From: Limnochordales bacterium
GTDB taxonomy: Bacteria > Bacillota > Limnochordia > Limnochordales > DUMU01
NCBI GenBank assembly: GCA_014896315.1
Contig: JADBKP010000001.1
Span: forward strand, 201,557-265,556
DNA: 64,000 bases
Direction of reading: 5' to 3'
The notes below the pieces were generated by a model. That model saw only the letters and a list, made by a program, of their open reading frames with translations. It ran no database searches and was not told the origin of the DNA. Each line of letters opens with the position of its first letter. Position 1 is the first letter of the stretch. Shown piece after piece: positions 1 through 8,562 of the stretch. A program made the position numbers and the translations under genes.

Positions 1-2466
1 AAGCGACCTGTGAGTGGAGATCTCCTGGATGTAGGGGCTTTGGTGATCAGAGCTCGTGAGTAGGACCAGCGAGTCTCTTGCTCTCGTGACGGCCACATAG
101 AAAAGCCGCCGCTCCTCATCCTCCACTTTAGCCAGTGTATCCCCGAAAAGACGGCAGTACTGCCAGTTTGGATGTATGAGGGGGAAGCACCGGTCCAGTG
201 CGTCCAAAACAATGACGGCGTCACATTCTTGGCCTTTGAAGCGGTGAACGGTCGACGCCGCGATCTTGTCCTCGAAAGCTTTAGGTAAGCACCGCTTGAT
301 ACGAGTCAACAACTCGTCAAGATCCCTGGGTTTGCCGCCAAGGGAGTTGGCGGGGTACCCGGGCCAGGAGACCTCGTTACGGCGCGCTAGCAAGACAACA
401 CTCTTCCCGCTGTCGAGGAAATGCCTGGCAAGACGCAGTACGGCGACCACCAAGGGGTCCCTGTGGTGGGCTTGCAACTCCAGCTCGGTGGGGGCGAAGT
501 CTTCGATCCTGTACAGAGCCACTGTCCCTTTCCCGCTCCTGCGTGCGACTGCGGACGTGCCCCTCCCGCGCATCAAGGCGTTACCCACGTCTACCACCGC
601 AGGTACCGAGCGGTAGTTAGCCGGCATATACAGCGTCGTGGTGTCCCGAAAGAGTCTTTGGAACTCCGAGAAGTAGCGCAAGTCTGACCCGGCGAACCCG
701 TTGATGGCCTGCCAATCATCTCCGACACAGAAAAACGACACACCGGGGTTCACCGACCGGATAGCCTCTATCAGCGCAAAGAACGCCTCCGAGAAATCCT
801 GAAACTCGTCAATCAGGATGTACCGGAGTCTTGCGACATTGCCGCGCTCCCTTCCACGATCACGAGTAAAGGCCGTGACTCCTGACCTGATCCGGTTCAC
901 CGCCCGCCATAGCAGGCCACTGAAGTCCTCTTTGCGGTCTCTGGCCAACAAGCGAAGATAATCGTCGTATATCTGGCTGGCCGCCTCCAAAAACAACTTT
1001 TCAGATCTGGAGCACGGTTTGTGTGCGGAGATCAGCCTTCTGAGCTCATCTGCACTGAGGTTACGCAACCGGCACCGACCAACAAACTGAGTAATCGCTT
1101 CTGTGAACCTATCTATGGCACGGCACTTTACTAATTCCCAAATTTCTTCTTCCGAAAGGCGCCTGTAGGAGATGCCCAACCTAGCTAGCTTGTTCAGCAG
1201 TGTTGACACGAACTGGTCGATCCCGACCTGTAGATCCCGTGGAAAGACCTCAATCAATTTCCACCCGGGTTTGCGAGCCCAGAACTTCCGCTTACTCTCA
1301 ATCGCCTCATCGTAGTCTGGATCGCCCTCAAGACCGAAGTACTCGATAATCACACCACGGTCGCGACCCGTAATAATAGTAAAGTCCGGCCTATAGGTTA
1401 TACCCTCCCACCGGATAGGACGCTCGTAGTGGTAATCGATCGCATGCTCAAAAAGAGCATTTGCTATCACTTTCTCGCCGAACGACCGGACGCGCTCGCC
1501 CCTCAGTGTCTCGCGGGGTAGCGCTCGACGATATTCAAGGAACTCCTTCATGGGGAGCTCGAAGCGCCCGTTGACGATGCGTTCCCAGTCCTCCCGGAAG
1601 TCCGCCAGCATGATCTCCCGAACAGTCGGGCGCAGGCTATCAGAGCGTATGTGTTCATCGATGATCTCCTGTATTTCTCGACCGAGGCCAAACTCGTCAT
1701 CGGGCCCTTTATCATAGAGGATGGACTCGTCGGGATGGACGATCGCATAGGCCAGGGCGTGGAATGTCATCACGTGGGGGATGGCTGCTCCCAACTTCTT
1801 TTCCAGCCTAGTGCGCATCTCCTCAGCAGCCTTGCGGTTTAACGCCAGCAAGAGGAGCTGGTCGGGGGAAACCCCGCAGTGCTGCTGCAGGAACACGGCT
1901 CGTGTGACCACCGCTGTCGTCTTGCCGCTACCCGCCCTGGCTACAACCTGCACGTCCCCAGTAACGGTAGCCACAGCAGCGGCCTGTTCGTCGTCCAACC
2001 TTACATCAAGTTGGCGGTCCGCCCACTCCCTGACAAACTCGGTCTTGAGCGATTTGTACTCGTCGGCCGTGATCAGGTTCTTGTCGGGATGTTTATCAAA
2101 GATCTCGTCAGCTGACAGGTAGCTAGACTCAAATGTCGCTCTGAGGGCCTTTAGGAGGTTTTCTCGTTTGACCTCCTGTTCACTTGGGTAGAAGGCCACA
2201 AACCCGGCCCTGTCGAAGTCAACCCTTGAAAACCTGGTCTCCTGCGTGCCGGCTTGCTCGAAGCGGATAAACACGCTATCAATATATCTTTCCTGTCCGG
2301 CATTGGTCGTTACGGTGACGACTCTGGTGATCACCCCCAGACCCCATTCGGGATGCTGCACTTGCCAGCCCCGGATGTTGTCCTCACGGCCCGACTGTTT
2401 TCGGGCTGCAGCGATCAGGTCGTCCAGTGACAACCGTCCCAGGCGGGTTGTCGGAAGTATCGACAT
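1..2466 (-). CDS. Superfamily-1 UvrD/Rep/helicase-IV-like DNA helicase (3' end runs off the window start)
   Basis: Not in the ORF track because no stop codon lies inside the window. My reverse-strand translation from the ATG at 2466 stays open to base 1 (~822 codons). Walker A 'VARAGSGKTTAV' (codon phase checked at 1920), motif II 'YILIDEFQDF' (phase checked at 810), 'VHRFKGQECDAV', 'RLFYVAVTRARD'. A ~170-aa non-helicase N-terminal region as in helicase-IV-type proteins. AGGGAAG upstream of the ATG. Confidence 0.85.
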   Translation of the reverse strand, partial: MSILPTTRLGRLSLDDLIAAARKQSGREDNIRGWQVQHPEWGLGVITRVVTVTTNAGQERYIDSVFIRFEQAGTQETRFSRVDFDRAGFVAFYPSEQEVKRENLLKALRATFESSYLSADEIFDKHPDKNLITADEYKSLKTEFVREWADRQLDVRLDDEQAAAVATVTGDVQVVARAGSGKTTAVVTRAVFLQQHCGVSPDQLLLLALNRKAAEEMRTRLEKKLGAAIPHVMTFHALAYAIVHPDESILYDKGPDDEFGLGREIQEIIDEHIRSDSLRPTVREIMLADFREDWERIVNGRFELPMKEFLEYRRALPRETLRGERVRSFGEKVIANALFEHAIDYHYERPIRWEGITYRPDFTIITGRDRGVIIEYFGLEGDPDYDEAIESKRKFWARKPGWKLIEVFPRDLQVGIDQFVSTLLNKLARLGISYRRLSEEEIWELVKCRAIDRFTEAITQFVGRCRLRNLSADELRRLISAHKPCSRSEKLFLEAASQIYDDYLRLLARDRKEDFSGLLWRAVNRIRSGVTAFTRDRGRERGNVARLRYILIDEFQDFSEAFFALIEAIRSVNPGVSFFCVGDDWQAINGFAGSDLRYFSEFQRLFRDTTTLYMPANYRSVPAVVDVGNALMRGRGTSAVARRSGKGTVALYRIEDFAPTELELQAHHRDPLVVAVLRLARHFLDSGKSVVLLARRNEVSWPGYPANSLGGKPRDLDELLTRIKRCLPKAFEDKIAASTVHRFKGQECDAVIVLDALDRCFPLIHPNWQYCRLFGDTLAKVEDEERRLFYVAVTRARDSLVLLTSSDHQSPYIQEISTHRSL

Positions 2467-2502
2467 GGCTTGCTTCCCTGCCTCGCGACGCGAGTCGCCT
2501 CA

Positions 2503-3777
2503 TTAGCCGTGCATTGACATGGATCGCAATATAGCTAGAATCCGCTCACTGGCGTGGCCGTCGCCGAAGGGGTTGTTGGCGCCCCCCGCATTGGCCATCT
2601 CCTCGTACCGGCGCCGATCGGTCAGCAGCGCGAGGGCTTCTTCCCGGATGCGGACCCGATCTGTGCCAACCAGGCGGGCAGTGCCCGCCTCCACTGCTTC
2701 TTGGCGCTCGGTCTCCTCCCGCAGAACCAGCACCGGTTTGCGCAGGGCAGGCGCTTCTTCCTGCACACCGCCCGAGTCAGACAGGACAAGCGTCGCTGCC
2801 TGCAACGCATGAACGAAATCCCTGTAGTCCAGGGGGTCCGTCAACTTCACTCGCGGGTGCGCTCCGAGGATGCGATTGGCAGCCTCTCGCACCACCGGAT
2901 TGCGGTGGCAAGGAAAGAGCACCCACACGTCGGGCAAAGCCTCAAGAATATCAAGGATGGCGTGGTAGACCTGTTCCAGAGGCTTGCCCCAGTTCTCCCG
3001 GCGATGGGTGGTGACGAGCAGCATCCGGGAAGCTCCCCCCGAGCCTAGGCCTGGGGCTAGGCCCGGGCCTGGGCCTGGGCCTGGGGCTAGGCCTGAGCCT
3101 GAACCTGGGCCTGAGCCTGAGCCTGAGCCCGCTGCCGATGACGCCGCCTTTGCGGACTTCGCGGTCAGTTCAGACGCGGCGGCAGCCTCAACGCCAGCTG
3201 AACTTGCCTCGCCGTGCAGCGCCAGGACCGCATAAAGCGCATCGATGGCAGTGTTACCAGTTACGTGAACTGTCTCCGCGGGAACTCCCTCCGCCAGGAG
3301 ATTGGCAGCGGCCCTCTTCGTGGGGGCAAAATGAACTGCCGCAAGCCGCGTGATGAGCCGGCGGTTGGCCTCTTCCGGAAAGGGAGAAGCGATGGAGCGA
3401 GTACGCAATCCGGCCTCCACATGGGCCACCGGGACGTGAGCGTAAAAGCCGGCCAGAGCCCCCGCAAAAGCCGTGGTCGTATCACCCTGCACGATTACCC
3501 AGTCCGGCTTTTCCTTAGCAAGCACCGGCTCCAAACCCAGCAACACACGGGACGTCAGGCTGCAGAGGCTCTGCTGAGGCCGCATTACGTTCAGGTCATA
3601 GTCGGGACGTATGTCAAAAAGGTTCAAAGCCTGGTCCAGCATCTCGCGGTGCTGTGCCGTGGCCACTACGACAGGCTCAAAGTCGCTGCTCTTCTTCATT
3701 GCGATGATTACTGGCGCGAGCTTGATCGCCTCAGGTCGAGTGCCGACAACAATCAGGCAGCGGAGCGTGTTACTCAT
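2503..3777 (-). CDS. UDP-N-acetylglucosamine 2-epimerase paralog (WecB/MnaA family) with a Gly/Ser/Pro-rich inter-domain insertion
   Basis: 424-aa ORF. 'LIVVGTRPEAIKLAPV', 'HVEAGLRT' and 'DSGGVQEEAP' are 2-epimerase signatures. About 60 extra low-complexity residues ('SAAGSGSGSGPGSGSGLAPGPGPGPGLAPGLGSGG') sit between the two Rossmann halves, compared with the 362-aa copy at 26668..27756. Confidence 0.9.
   Translation of the reverse strand: MSNTLRCLIVVGTRPEAIKLAPVIIAMKKSSDFEPVVVATAQHREMLDQALNLFDIRPDYDLNVMRPQQSLCSLTSRVLLGLEPVLAKEKPDWVIVQGDTTTAFAGALAGFYAHVPVAHVEAGLRTRSIASPFPEEANRRLITRLAAVHFAPTKRAAANLLAEGVPAETVHVTGNTAIDALYAVLALHGEASSAGVEAAAASELTAKSAKAASSAAGSGSGSGPGSGSGLAPGPGPGPGLAPGLGSGGASRMLLVTTHRRENWGKPLEQVYHAILDILEALPDVWVLFPCHRNPVVREAANRILGAHPRVKLTDPLDYRDFVHALQAATLVLSDSGGVQEEAPALRKPVLVLREETERQEAVEAGTARLVGTDRVRIREEALALLTDRRRYEEMANAGGANNPFGDGHASERILAILRSMSMHG
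3041..3130. repeat. Imperfect hexanucleotide microsatellite (GCCTGG/GCCTGA/GCCTAG units) encoding the epimerase linker
   Basis: Read directly: gagcctaggcctggggctaggcccgggcctgggcctgggcctggggctaggcctgagcctgaacctgggcctgagcctgagcctgagccc. Confidence 0.9.
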
Positions 3778-4054
3778 CGTACCACCGATCTCTTGCTGTG
3801 AACTGCTGAAGTGCTACAACTGCCAGGCCAGCGCATGCTCCTGCAGTCTGGATATCAACCGGTCTGGACTTACCGCTCCACTCCGGGCAAATACGTGTGC
3901 GCAACGCCGTCGGCTAAGCACACCAGAACAGGGTCTTGCGCTCTTCCCGACCGATCCAAGAATGGGGAGCACTGTCCCGTCAATGGTGCCCTGGACCGAT
4001 TCACGCCGGGTCAGCTCGGCGACGTCGACAATAAGCACCGCTTACCGCTCCCTC

Positions 4055-5122
4055 TCATCCAAGGTCATCGAATAATGGAATCTGTTCGATCTCCGCCGGT
4101 TGTGTATGTTCCGCCGAGAATTCCATCATCGCTTGCAGGAGAGACTGGTGCTGTCCTTCATCGGCTACCTTTATTAGCCAAACCTGGTCTTGCCCTACAT
4201 ATGTCAGCGCTTCTGGAATTATCTGGTTTGCCTCTTGGGCCAGATTCCTGATAAAGTGCTTGCATAGCCGCCTCATATGCACGGCGGAATCGCGGTTCTC
4301 CCAGAATTCATACACGCCAAGTGTTGCATCTCTTAAAAGGTCCTCACAGCTAATTCGAATCTCGCAGGGCGGGGTTGAACGGCCAACCACTCTGATGAGT
4401 GACGCAAGTATCCTCTCCAGTAGTATCCTTCGGCACAGGTTCCTCTCAGCCGGCGACTGCTCTACATCCGGGTCATACGGAATGAAGTAAAGGGGTCGCG
4501 GATCTGTATCAGGCCAAACGCGGAGAAAGAAATGTCCCCCCGGTTCAAAACCAAAGAAGCTCGCACTGCGAGAATCGAAGACGAGAGCGATGCGCTCCTG
4601 CTCGACCTTCAGACCGAGGGTGGCCCAATCTCCCGCGGGACATCCGATGCTCCGCAGTTCTGCCTGTAACGCACCAAGCGTTTCAGTGAAAAGGCTTCTT
4701 TGAGGTTCCGGCAGCACCGTAACCAGCATCGAACCCTTCACTCGTTCACGGGCCTCTCCTAAAACCTCTGCTAGCCTTGGGCCGGATATCGCCAAGAGAG
4801 TGTGCATCTGGTCGCGGTTCGATGACTCCGAACCGAAAGAAGACTTCTTGCACTCAGTAATTGCAAACTTTCCCTGGCCCTCCAGCACCACGTCGGGTCT
4901 AACCCGCTCCTTGAAAGCAACACCTGCACGTATCATGGCAAGCCTCAAGTCCGGAGGAGCGGCCAGTAACGGGGCGATAGCGTAGACGGAAAAGCCTTGT
5001 TCGTAAAGAAGCGGTCGTATACCGAGTGCCTGAAAGTCTCGCGGCAGTGGTTGCACGAGCCAAAGCATCGCGTTGAGTTGGAATATCGGATCCTCCACCA
5101 GCTCAGCCAAGTCCTGCCTCAT
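4055..5122 (-). CDS. Hypothetical protein (355 aa), possible PD-(D/E)xK nuclease fold
   Basis: The track gives 4055..5269, but the first 49 codons overlap the upstream gene. The ATG at 5122 follows GAGGAGGTG and overlaps the upstream stop by 20 nt. 'RVRPDVVLEGQGKFAITECKKSSFG' resembles a D..ExK restriction-endonuclease-like core. Nothing else is recognisable. Confidence 0.65.
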   Translation of the reverse strand: MRQDLAELVEDPIFQLNAMLWLVQPLPRDFQALGIRPLLYEQGFSVYAIAPLLAAPPDLRLAMIRAGVAFKERVRPDVVLEGQGKFAITECKKSSFGSESSNRDQMHTLLAISGPRLAEVLGEARERVKGSMLVTVLPEPQRSLFTETLGALQAELRSIGCPAGDWATLGLKVEQERIALVFDSRSASFFGFEPGGHFFLRVWPDTDPRPLYFIPYDPDVEQSPAERNLCRRILLERILASLIRVVGRSTPPCEIRISCEDLLRDATLGVYEFWENRDSAVHMRRLCKHFIRNLAQEANQIIPEALTYVGQDQVWLIKVADEGQHQSLLQAMMEFSAEHTQPAEIEQIPLFDDLG

Positions 5123-6407
5123 ATGGCACCTCCTCGACCGAGCGCTGCACAAGGTCGATGTAAGGCTCGTTTCCGATGTATGCCGTCGCCCCGGGGTCGA
5201 GATATCGCTGGACGTTTCGTACAAGACGATGCACTGTGTTTCCGCAAGTGCCGCTCGGTACGATGGCAATACATCCTGTTGTAGTCAGCTCCAGCCACAG
5301 AGGCTGCCACAAATGGCGGTCGAGTCCGTAGACCTGCACCTTTTCCGGTCCCAGATGGATTGGGTGGCCCCAAAGCCTGAAACGGTTCGGTTTGCTTCCA
5401 AAGGTCGTCGAGATCCAGCGGGAAAACACCCGCCGATCAAGCGGTTCGCGGAATCGAATTACAACGGGTGCGCCTACAATCCTCTGTAACTGCCCTGGTG
5501 CATTGATCGATTCGCGGACCTCGTACCACGTCTGCTCTTCGGTCTTTCGCAACAACTTTTCATATACCTGAGAAACGTAAATGACGTGAGCTCGGTGGTC
5601 CCTGAAACTGCTACTCTTGTTTGTTACATGCCCGTCATCATAAAAATCGTGCCCTCCACGGCCTACAGGGGAGGGAAACCTGAGCTGACTGATCGCATAG
5701 AGCGGTGAATAGAGCGCTTGCAATTTAGAGAGACGCTCCTTGATTACCCCGACCCGATCCACTAGCCGGAACGTTGCGGAGCGTCGTTCTCTAATGGATT
5801 CAAGATCTTCTTCGTCCTCCCCCTCGTGGTCTGACTCGAACTCGTCTTCGTCGGGCTCCTCTAATAGGTCATCCTCAGCTGGTAGACCATCAGGAGTCCG
5901 TTGTCCGAACGTTCCCGGGTCAAACACGCTCTCAAACGCGCATCCTATGCGAGTGAATCGGGCAGGGTGGGTCGTGGTCTGGACTACGTTCCACAAAACA
6001 TGGAAAGTGAGCCCGCTCAGCCAAACATGGTCCAGTTCGGGTGTTGAAAGCACCAGCGCCCGAGCCCATTTTTCAAGGGAGTCCGCCTCCATCGGGCTGT
6101 ACAGTGCCACCACTCGAGATCCGACGGGTTCCAAGAAACCTATGTCACCCTCCTTAGGGTCGGTAACTCGAAACAGAGACTCTTCCAACCGCGTAACACC
6201 CAGACCGCGCCGCTCGAGCAGCAATTTTATCGTCTCGGACGTGACCGGTCTGGATCCGTCGAGTACCTCGAGCAGCCACGTCTTCACCACAGGGCGCTTA
6301 AGTTTACTACGCTCTCGAAGTTCCTCCATTCGCTCGATGGAGTACCCGTCAAAAAAGCGAACCATGTCTCGCTGAGTTGCAATCTTTGTCAGGTCGAGGG
6401 CTGTCAA
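5103..6407 (-). CDS. Hypothetical protein (434 aa) with acidic linker
   Basis: Long ORF translationally coupled to the downstream gene. Contains a D/E-rich linker 'PAEDDLLEEPDEDEFESDHEGEDEEDLES'. 'FRDHRAHV' fits an Rx4H (HEPN-like) pattern, but this is weak evidence. I cannot assign a family. Confidence 0.6.
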   Translation of the reverse strand: MTALDLTKIATQRDMVRFFDGYSIERMEELRERSKLKRPVVKTWLLEVLDGSRPVTSETIKLLLERRGLGVTRLEESLFRVTDPKEGDIGFLEPVGSRVVALYSPMEADSLEKWARALVLSTPELDHVWLSGLTFHVLWNVVQTTTHPARFTRIGCAFESVFDPGTFGQRTPDGLPAEDDLLEEPDEDEFESDHEGEDEEDLESIRERRSATFRLVDRVGVIKERLSKLQALYSPLYAISQLRFPSPVGRGGHDFYDDGHVTNKSSSFRDHRAHVIYVSQVYEKLLRKTEEQTWYEVRESINAPGQLQRIVGAPVVIRFREPLDRRVFSRWISTTFGSKPNRFRLWGHPIHLGPEKVQVYGLDRHLWQPLWLELTTTGCIAIVPSGTCGNTVHRLVRNVQRYLDPGATAYIGNEPYIDLVQRSVEEVPYEAGLG

Positions 6408-6479
6408 GGGCAGACCCCCTCCCTTCTCGCCCGAACAGGGCGTTACCCCACCAGACCGGGCATGCTTTGGATTCCTCTA

Positions 6480-7065
6480 GAACACCGCCGGCCCTTCGGA
6501 ACTCGTTCGACCATAGTGTAACCCCCCGGGCCTCTCGGCTGCCATAAATTGCGACATTGGTTCCATGGAGAGCCACACCTTACTCGGGGACTTTGTGAGA
6601 TCATTTCTGGTCATATGATACTCGAGCAGTGTAACGCTATCATAACTGCCCCTTCTCCCGACTGAGCTTTGCTTCTCCAGGTAGGCCAGGAAAGCTCCGA
6701 GGTTCAGATTCAGCGGTGAACTCAGGGTTGTGGAAGTTGCCGACATCTGCCTCCCGTTCCTTCGGCGCGATATGTTTGGAACACTCGGCCGGCATCTCCA
6801 AGTATCTCTCGTGGCGGATAAGCCCAAGACCACGGACTCGCCGGGTGACGACCCGCACACTAACCCGCAACTGGCTCACCCAGCGCAGCCACCCACCTGC
6901 CCATGTCGGGCCTGTGTAGATGGGGCTGGCTTCTCCCGCAAGCCAGACACCGGCTATTTCGGGCTTGACGTCCACGGTTTAGGCAAGACCCTCTTGCCCC
7001 CGCTGTACACGGCGCAGTGCCCAATCGAGCGTTTCGGGGCGGATGCGCACTTCAAGGGCAGGCAT
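6480..7065 (-). pseudogene. Decayed ImmA/IrrE-HTH-like gene (remnant of a paralog of 16392..17540)
   Basis: The reverse-strand ATG at 7065 gives 'MPALEVRIRPETLDWALRRVQ', matching 'MPTLEVPINPETLAWALRRAR' of the intact gene, then a stop. Other frames retain 'SQLRVSVRV' (~'QRLRVSFGQ'), 'GNFHNPEFTAE' (~'GNFDHN..FTNAV') and 'LNLNLGAFLAYLEKQSS' (~'LNISLGAFVAYLEKRSS'). The HEXXH core is missing. Confidence 0.7.
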
Positions 7066-7482
7066 AGCGTTGACACCTCGGGCAAGCAAGAAAGCTCAGA
7101 AATCCGAGTCTAACTCTAGAACGATTCTTCTTGACTGACCCTCGGATCACTTCGCGCCCCGAACCTCAACAGGCACCGGAAAACGGAGCCCCACGAAGAC
7201 TCCCATGATCTACCCGCCAGGAAACCGTTCAGCCGCGGCGGCTGGCCTCTCACGTCAGTGCTCCAGGACCCCACGGGCGTCCCACAAGCTTTTGGGGCAG
7301 CAGCGTGACCTCGTTCGCGCTGCCCCTACATGCCTCCATGCCAGTAGCCCACTACCGGCTGACGGCAAACCTGAGCGCTCTTGCCAGTGCAGCCTCGCGT
7401 ACGATAAGGAAAGGCCTCCGCCGCTCTCGTTAGAAGTTTCGGCTTTACGGAAGTGGCTACACGCGCTATCCCGAGAGACTCC

Positions 7483-8238
7483 TCAAACAGCCACTTCGGA
7501 GCGCAACTTGACCTCAAGAGCTCCTCTTACCCAGCCATGCCCTGTTGACACCTTACCTCCTATTGAGCAGATGGATTTTAGCGGTTCCACTACGTATTTG
7601 TCGATTAATCGGTCGACGTGCCGTTCCTCGTGTGAGAGCTCCCGCAGCCACGAATCCGTGTTCGGCTCCAGGTGCTCACGTTCCCGGCCCAACGTCCATT
7701 TCCGCTGCTGGTCCTCTATGAGAATCCGCAGCACACCCCTGAACGTCGTCCCGGGAGGCATGACCTCAACGTTTCGGTTAAACCCGCGGTGAACGGCACT
7801 CGTGGCGCGGTCACGAGCCGCGGCATACGCAGGCTCGGGGTCCTTATCTGCCTCGAGGTAAGGTACCATGACGAAGCCCGGAAGACTCTGACATCCCAGG
7901 AAGTAGCAGGCAGGACATATTGGTCCTTTGCCATACTCGCAGGCACCACCCCTATAGACGCCTGCCCGGACTAACGTATGCTCATCAGCGCTTAACCGAC
8001 TGAACGGAAACGGAATGCACGGTCTGAAAACCGGATTACGTGCAGCTTGCTGAATGAGCAAACGCTCTAGTTGAGACCGCAACGCACCTTTTACCGATGT
8101 ACCAGGAATCACGGCCCTACCACCGATTCTTGCCACCGGACTATGGAACTCTGACATCGGATCCGGGGGGCCCCCCACGAAGAGGGGCTGATCGATAGTA
8201 AGCCATAGGTCGTACTCCCTGAACACCCTATCAGGCAT
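7483..8238 (-). CDS. cas7: Cas7-type RAMP protein (Csm3/Cmr4/Csf2-like backbone subunit)
   Basis: The track ORF is 7483..8349. The ATG at 8238 has GGAGG 9 nt upstream and overlaps the upstream stop (ATGCCTGA). 'RAVIPGTSVKGALRSQLE', 'ICPACYFLGC', 'ARDRATSAVHRGFNRNVEVMPPGTTFRG' and the glycine-rich 'IGGKVSTGHGW' follow the order of the canonical Cas7 RAMP motifs. Confidence 0.8.
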   Translation of the reverse strand: MPDRVFREYDLWLTIDQPLFVGGPPDPMSEFHSPVARIGGRAVIPGTSVKGALRSQLERLLIQQAARNPVFRPCIPFPFSRLSADEHTLVRAGVYRGGACEYGKGPICPACYFLGCQSLPGFVMVPYLEADKDPEPAYAAARDRATSAVHRGFNRNVEVMPPGTTFRGVLRILIEDQQRKWTLGREREHLEPNTDSWLRELSHEERHVDRLIDKYVVEPLKSICSIGGKVSTGHGWVRGALEVKLRSEVAV

Positions 8239-8536
8239 GATCCGAAACCTCCTCGCTGTAGTAATTCCGAATAGCTTCGAGCTTGGCCAGCACGTACCTA
8301 CCCTCAGCCCTCGTCGGGAGCTTCGAGACCAGATGCACAACCTGTACAAGTATCGTCAGGTCCTGAAGCCTTTCCTCATATAACTCATCTTCCCGCTTGC
8401 CCACCACAAATGCCTCTGCAGCTTCCGGTCCGTGAATCTCGTACAGCCGGGCTAAGTCACTAAGCAAGCCCCGGACCGCGAGTCCGCCCTTCTCGTCCGA
8501 GTTCAACTTTCTTACAAGGTCAATCAGGTCAGGCAT
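8231..8536 (-). CDS. Small helical protein in the position of a Cas11 small subunit
   Basis: The track ORF is 8231..8593. The ATG at 8536 has GGAAGG 5 nt upstream and lies 26 nt after the upstream stop. The protein is 101 aa with Leu/Glu/Arg-rich, helix-like composition. The assignment rests on size and position only, not on a sequence motif. Confidence 0.45.
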   Translation of the reverse strand: MPDLIDLVRKLNSDEKGGLAVRGLLSDLARLYEIHGPEAAEAFVVGKREDELYEERLQDLTILVQVVHLVSKLPTRAEGRYVLAKLEAIRNYYSEEVSDHA

Positions 8537-8562
8537 GACTACCTTCCATGCAGACTCCACCC

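Noticed and set aside
3814-4038. 74-aa minus-strand ORF ('..LIVDVAELTRRES..') considered as a fragment of a ParA/tyrosine-kinase-type polysaccharide co-polymerase ATPase
   Set aside because: The similarity is limited to a few residues, there is no Walker motif, and there is no start context.
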